DNA from: Mobula hypostoma
Lineage: Eukaryota
Direction of reading: 5' to 3'
Assembly: GCF_963921235.1 (NCBI RefSeq)
Contig: NC_086097.1
Span: 114,702,001-114,766,000, forward strand
DNA: 64,000 nt
Position numbers and translations under genes: made by a program. Shown in pieces: positions 60,311 through 64,000 of this stretch (position 1 is its first letter; the number at the start of each line of letters is the position of its first letter). The notes below the pieces were generated by a model. That model did no database searches. It was not told the DNA's origin and was given only the letters and a program-made list of their open reading frames with translations.

Positions 60311-60504
60311 GCGGACTTGTTTTTTATTATAGTGCTATTGGTTATATTGTTGGTAAGCAATGACAGTCTAGTTTGAAGTTGGTATCTGTTCTTACCTATG
60401 AGGCTCTCCCGAAGATTCCTTCTATACCTGAGATATATGGGACCTTGACCGTACAAGAAGTAAAACTGGTGAGTACTTAGGAACATTGGACATGCCTACA
60501 AAGT

Positions 60505-60585
60505 TATACCCAGTGGCTACTTTATTAGGTACACCTGTACACTTGCTCATCAATGCAAGCACCTAATCAGACAATCATGTTTCAA
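60505..60585 (+). mobile_element. Tc1 TIR fragment (family of 18749-19301)
   Basis: CAGTGGCTACTTTATTAGGTACACCTGTACAC. Confidence 0.75.
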
Positions 60586-60644
60586 AGGTCTGCCATTGCC
60601 TGACGTAACTACCTGAAGTGGCACTGTTAAAAAATGTCAAGGAA

Positions 60645-60912
60645 ATTGATTTCATAGAGGCATACAGAATTATGAGGGGTACAGTATGTATAGGGTTAAT
60701 GCAAGCAGACTTTTTCCTCTGACGAGAGTGTGGCTAGAACTAGAGGTCATAGGTTAAGGGTGAAAGGTGATGGATGTGGGTTCAGTTTAAATATTTAAGA
60801 AAAGTACATGCATGGAAGGGTGTGGAAGGCTATGGTCCAGGTGCAGTTTGATGGGACTAGGCAGAATAATAGTTTAGTAAGGACTGTTTCTATGCTGTAG
60901 TACTCTATTGTA
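60645..60912 (+). mobile_element. CR1 3' end, decayed
   Basis: IEAYRIMRG, AGAACTAGAGGTCATAGGTTAAGGGTGAAAGG. Confidence 0.7.
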
Positions 60913-62844
60913 TGAAGTTGCGCCTCTGTTTGTGGGCCCTGTTTTGCAGCCTAAGAATCCTCTGCAACTTCCCTGTCTCTCTTTGTACCTCTCTGATCTG
61001 CTGAGAACCCTCCCCGCTGCTGTCCTGTCTGTGCTGGAGAGGTTGCTGGTGGAGCATGTTGCTACTGGTTGGATTGCCTAAAGTCTAAACAATGTTACTG
61101 ATTCAGCTGTGATGGATAAAAGCAGCTACCAAAGCAGAGGAAAAACTTACCAGCAGAAGTATTTAACCATGACCACTAGAAGGCATGAAAGCAACATCAA
61201 ATACTGGGTATTTACTGGCAGATTTCGAAGGGATGGATTGATCTTTGTGAGACCCAGTGCACATCCTATGTTCACAGGAGTTAGAATAAAGTCTGTAAAA
61301 AACTTTAATCTAATTGACCCACTATTCCTTTGACCATTCACATGGACTCAAGTTACATGCAAAAATCAGAATTGACATTCTGAAGCTGTCTCCGGCTCTG
61401 GAGGGAATAGTGGTGACAAAACTCTTCTACTGACAAAGAAAATGCAGATTGATTGATCTATCCGTCTAAACATTCATCTATCCACCTCTCCATCCATCCA
61501 TCCATCTATCCAATCAGAGTTGTTTATCACAATATATTGAAATGTACAATTAAGTGTGTTGTTTGTGTTACGATTAAGTGTGTTGGATGTGCTGGGGGCT
61601 GCCCACAAGTGTCACCACCCAATCCAGCGCTAACGTAGCATGCCCGCCACACTCAGCAGCACAACGCGGAGCACATCAAAAGAGAACATACCAAGTGTCA
61701 AACCTGCAACAGCAAAGCAAGCCCCACTCCTCCTTCCCTCCCGTGAACGTACACTGCCCTCTAACCGCCCAACAGGCCAGCTTCATGGTCAGGGGATGGT
61801 CTGCGTTAAGCATGTTGTGGGAAGCTTAGTATTTTCATTTGTCATTTGTAGATAAAACAATACAGGCTACACTAAGTATGTTTGATCTATTTGTTTCTAT
61901 GCTCTACAAGCTGTAAAAAAAATAGCATCACCCTCGTGATTCATATCTGATTATATGTGGGAATATCAAGGTGAGAGCTGCCTTGACTATCAGTGGTATT
62001 CTTCCAGTCATCCACCACAACTTTTGCTGAAACTAAGGCAAATTGACATTAATCAGGTTCAGTTTAGTTAGACCTTTTAGCTATCCTCCTTCCACTCCAC
62101 CCTATCTTTTAACTCTGGTATCTTCCCCCTTCCTTCTCAGCTCTGAAGACAGGGATTGGGCCAAGATGTCAACTGCTTACTCCTTTCCATAGATGCTACC
62201 TGACCTGCGATTTGGTCCAGCATTTTATGTGTCTTGCTCTGGATTTCCAGCATCAGTAGAATCTCTTGTGTTTAGGATTCAGACTCAGATTTATTTATCA
62301 CACATACATTGAAACATACAGTGAAATTCATCATTTGTATTAACAAACGGCACACCCAAGGATTAAGACCGCATAAGTTAATTGATTTGGGTTATACAGG
62401 ATAGGGGGTTTTGGATTGGGATTTAGAATTGTCATTTTCATTATATTTTCTTGTAGTTTAACTTTCTTATGCTTCCTGGTATTTTTATATAATCACCCAT
62501 AAACATACAATTGTTCAGTGAATTTTCTGGCTGCTTCTGTATTTTTCTAGAAGCTTCTTAGTTTTCTGTAGAAGGTGGCTTGCCAGATATATCTGGCTAT
62601 TTCATAGGTCAATTGGAATCACTGGAATTTTGTTATCTCTGGTCTGAGCATGAGATGACAACAACTGCTTTTTCCTCTGTCTTTTCTTTCTTCTCTCTCT
62701 CCTCTTTCTTGTACATTTCCCACTCCTGTAACACTTTATCCTGTAAATGATCTAAAACAGTAAGTTTATGGCTCATTCTTGACTTCCGAAGAACCTTTGG
62801 ATCACAAAAGTATTAGGATTCAGCAGAGATCAGGGAAAGATGAA

Positions 62845-64000
62845 TAGAAGGGAGGAAGTCATGGAGGAGTTGTCCACGAGTCTCTGTGGGTGGAAGTTAG
62901 AAATAGGAAGGGGTCAATAACTCTAATGGGTGTTTTTTATAGACCACCCAATAGTAACAGGGACATCGAGGAGCAGATAGGGAGACAGATTCTGCAAAGG
63001 AGTAATAATAACAGGGTTGTTGTGGTGGGAGATTTTAATTTCCCAAATGTTGATTGGCATCTCCCTAGGGTTTAGACCATAAGACCATAAGACAAAGGAG
63101 CAGAAGTAGGCCATTCGGCCCATTGAGTCTGCTCCGCCATTTTATCATGAGCTGATCCATTTTATCCTATTTAGTCCCACTGCCCCACCTTCTCACCATA
63201 ACCTTTGATGCCCTGGCTACTCAGATACCTATCAATCTCTGCCTTAAAGACACCCAATGACTTGGCCTCCACTGCTGCCCGTGGCAACAAATTCCATAGA
63301 TTCACTACCCTCTGACTAAAAAAATTTTTTCGCATTTCTGTTCTGAAAGGGCACCCTTCAATCCTGAAGTCATGCCCTCTCGTACTAGACTCCCCCATCA
63401 TGGGAAACAACTTTGCCACATCCACTCTGTCTATGCCTTTTAACATTCGAAATGTTTCTATGAGGTCTCCCCTCATTCTTCTAAACTCCAAGGAATACAG
63501 TCCAAGAGCGGACAAACGTTCCTCATATGTTAACCCTCTCATTCCCGGAATCATTCTAGTGAATCTTCTCTGTACCCTCTCCAACGTCAGCACATCCCTT
63601 CTTAAATATGGAGACCAAAAATGCCCACAGTACTCCAAGTGAGGTCTCACCAGCGCCTTATAGAGCCTCAACATCACATCCTGTCTTCAGAGCTGAGAAG
63701 GAAGGGGGAAGATACCAGAGTTAAAAAGTAGGGTGGAATAGAAGGAGGATAGCTAAAAGTTCTAGATGGAGTGGAGTTTGTTAGATGCATTCAGAAAGGT
63801 TTCTTGACACAATGCAAGAGGACGGGCTGTACTTTATCTGGTATTGGGAAATGAACCTGGTCAGGTGTCAGGTCTCTCAGTAGGAGAGCATTTTGGAGAT
63901 AGTGATCACAATTCTATCTCCTTTACCATAACATTGGAGAGGGATAGGAAAGAACAAGTTAGGGAAACGTTTAATTGGAGTAAGGGGAAATATGAGGCTA
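62845..64000 (+). mobile_element. CR1 ORF2 endonuclease region, interrupted at about 63075-63762
   Basis: SLWVEVRNRKG..GVFYRPP..VGDFNFPNVDW, resuming DGVEFVRCIQ...FGDSDHN. Confidence 0.88.
63076..63684 (-). mobile_element. Young CR1 3' fragment nested in CR1
   Basis: Uninterrupted 168-aa ORF LYKALVRPHLEYC...WNLLP; (TCTTATGG)n tail at 63076-63093. Confidence 0.93.

Noticed and set aside
61150..61291. Minus-strand exon candidate (TTTTTTACAG ... TG|GTAAGT)
   Set aside because: Peptide unrecognisable, on the opposite strand to the other candidates, and no partner exons found.
1..64000. Prokaryotic systems (CRISPR, operons, retrons, DGRs) suggested by the many RT ORFs
   Set aside because: All RTs carry eukaryotic LINE, Penelope or Gypsy signatures; there is no repeat-spacer array and no operon-like gene density.

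Overview
Repeat-dominated eukaryotic (vertebrate) genomic DNA, intergenic or deep intronic. The repeat repertoire suggests a cartilaginous fish, probably a ray; this is an inference. No host protein-coding gene, RNA gene or CRISPR array can be identified with confidence. Most long ORFs come from transposable elements. These are: many CR1 LINEs (one ORF2 at 39325-42336 intact except for one TGG>TGA stop), Rex1/Babar, RTE and HERO (RLE-endonuclease) LINEs, Penelope-like elements with minimal type-I hammerhead ribozymes, a decayed CsRN1-like Gypsy element with a tRNA-Trp PBS, an 865-bp solo LTR, Tc1, Tigger and hAT DNA-transposon relics, and SINEs. Many are nested, with readable target-site duplications (TSDs). 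The most unusual signal lies in the 3' UTRs of two divergent HERO LINEs. Both carry all three conserved hammerhead core strands (GUC, GAAA, CUGAUGA) with the same GAAA-to-CUGAUGA spacing and a covarying stem I, but in a strand order that is none of the type I/II/III permutations. This suggests a pseudoknotted hammerhead-like RNA. Other points of note are a retrozyme-like tandem Penelope derivative, a CR1 ORF1/3'-end chimera, a locally templated inverted insertion at a LINE junction, and a Tc1 derivative capped by a 57-bp micro-element. Family names come from motif recognition, not database searches. Boundaries without a stated TSD are approximate.
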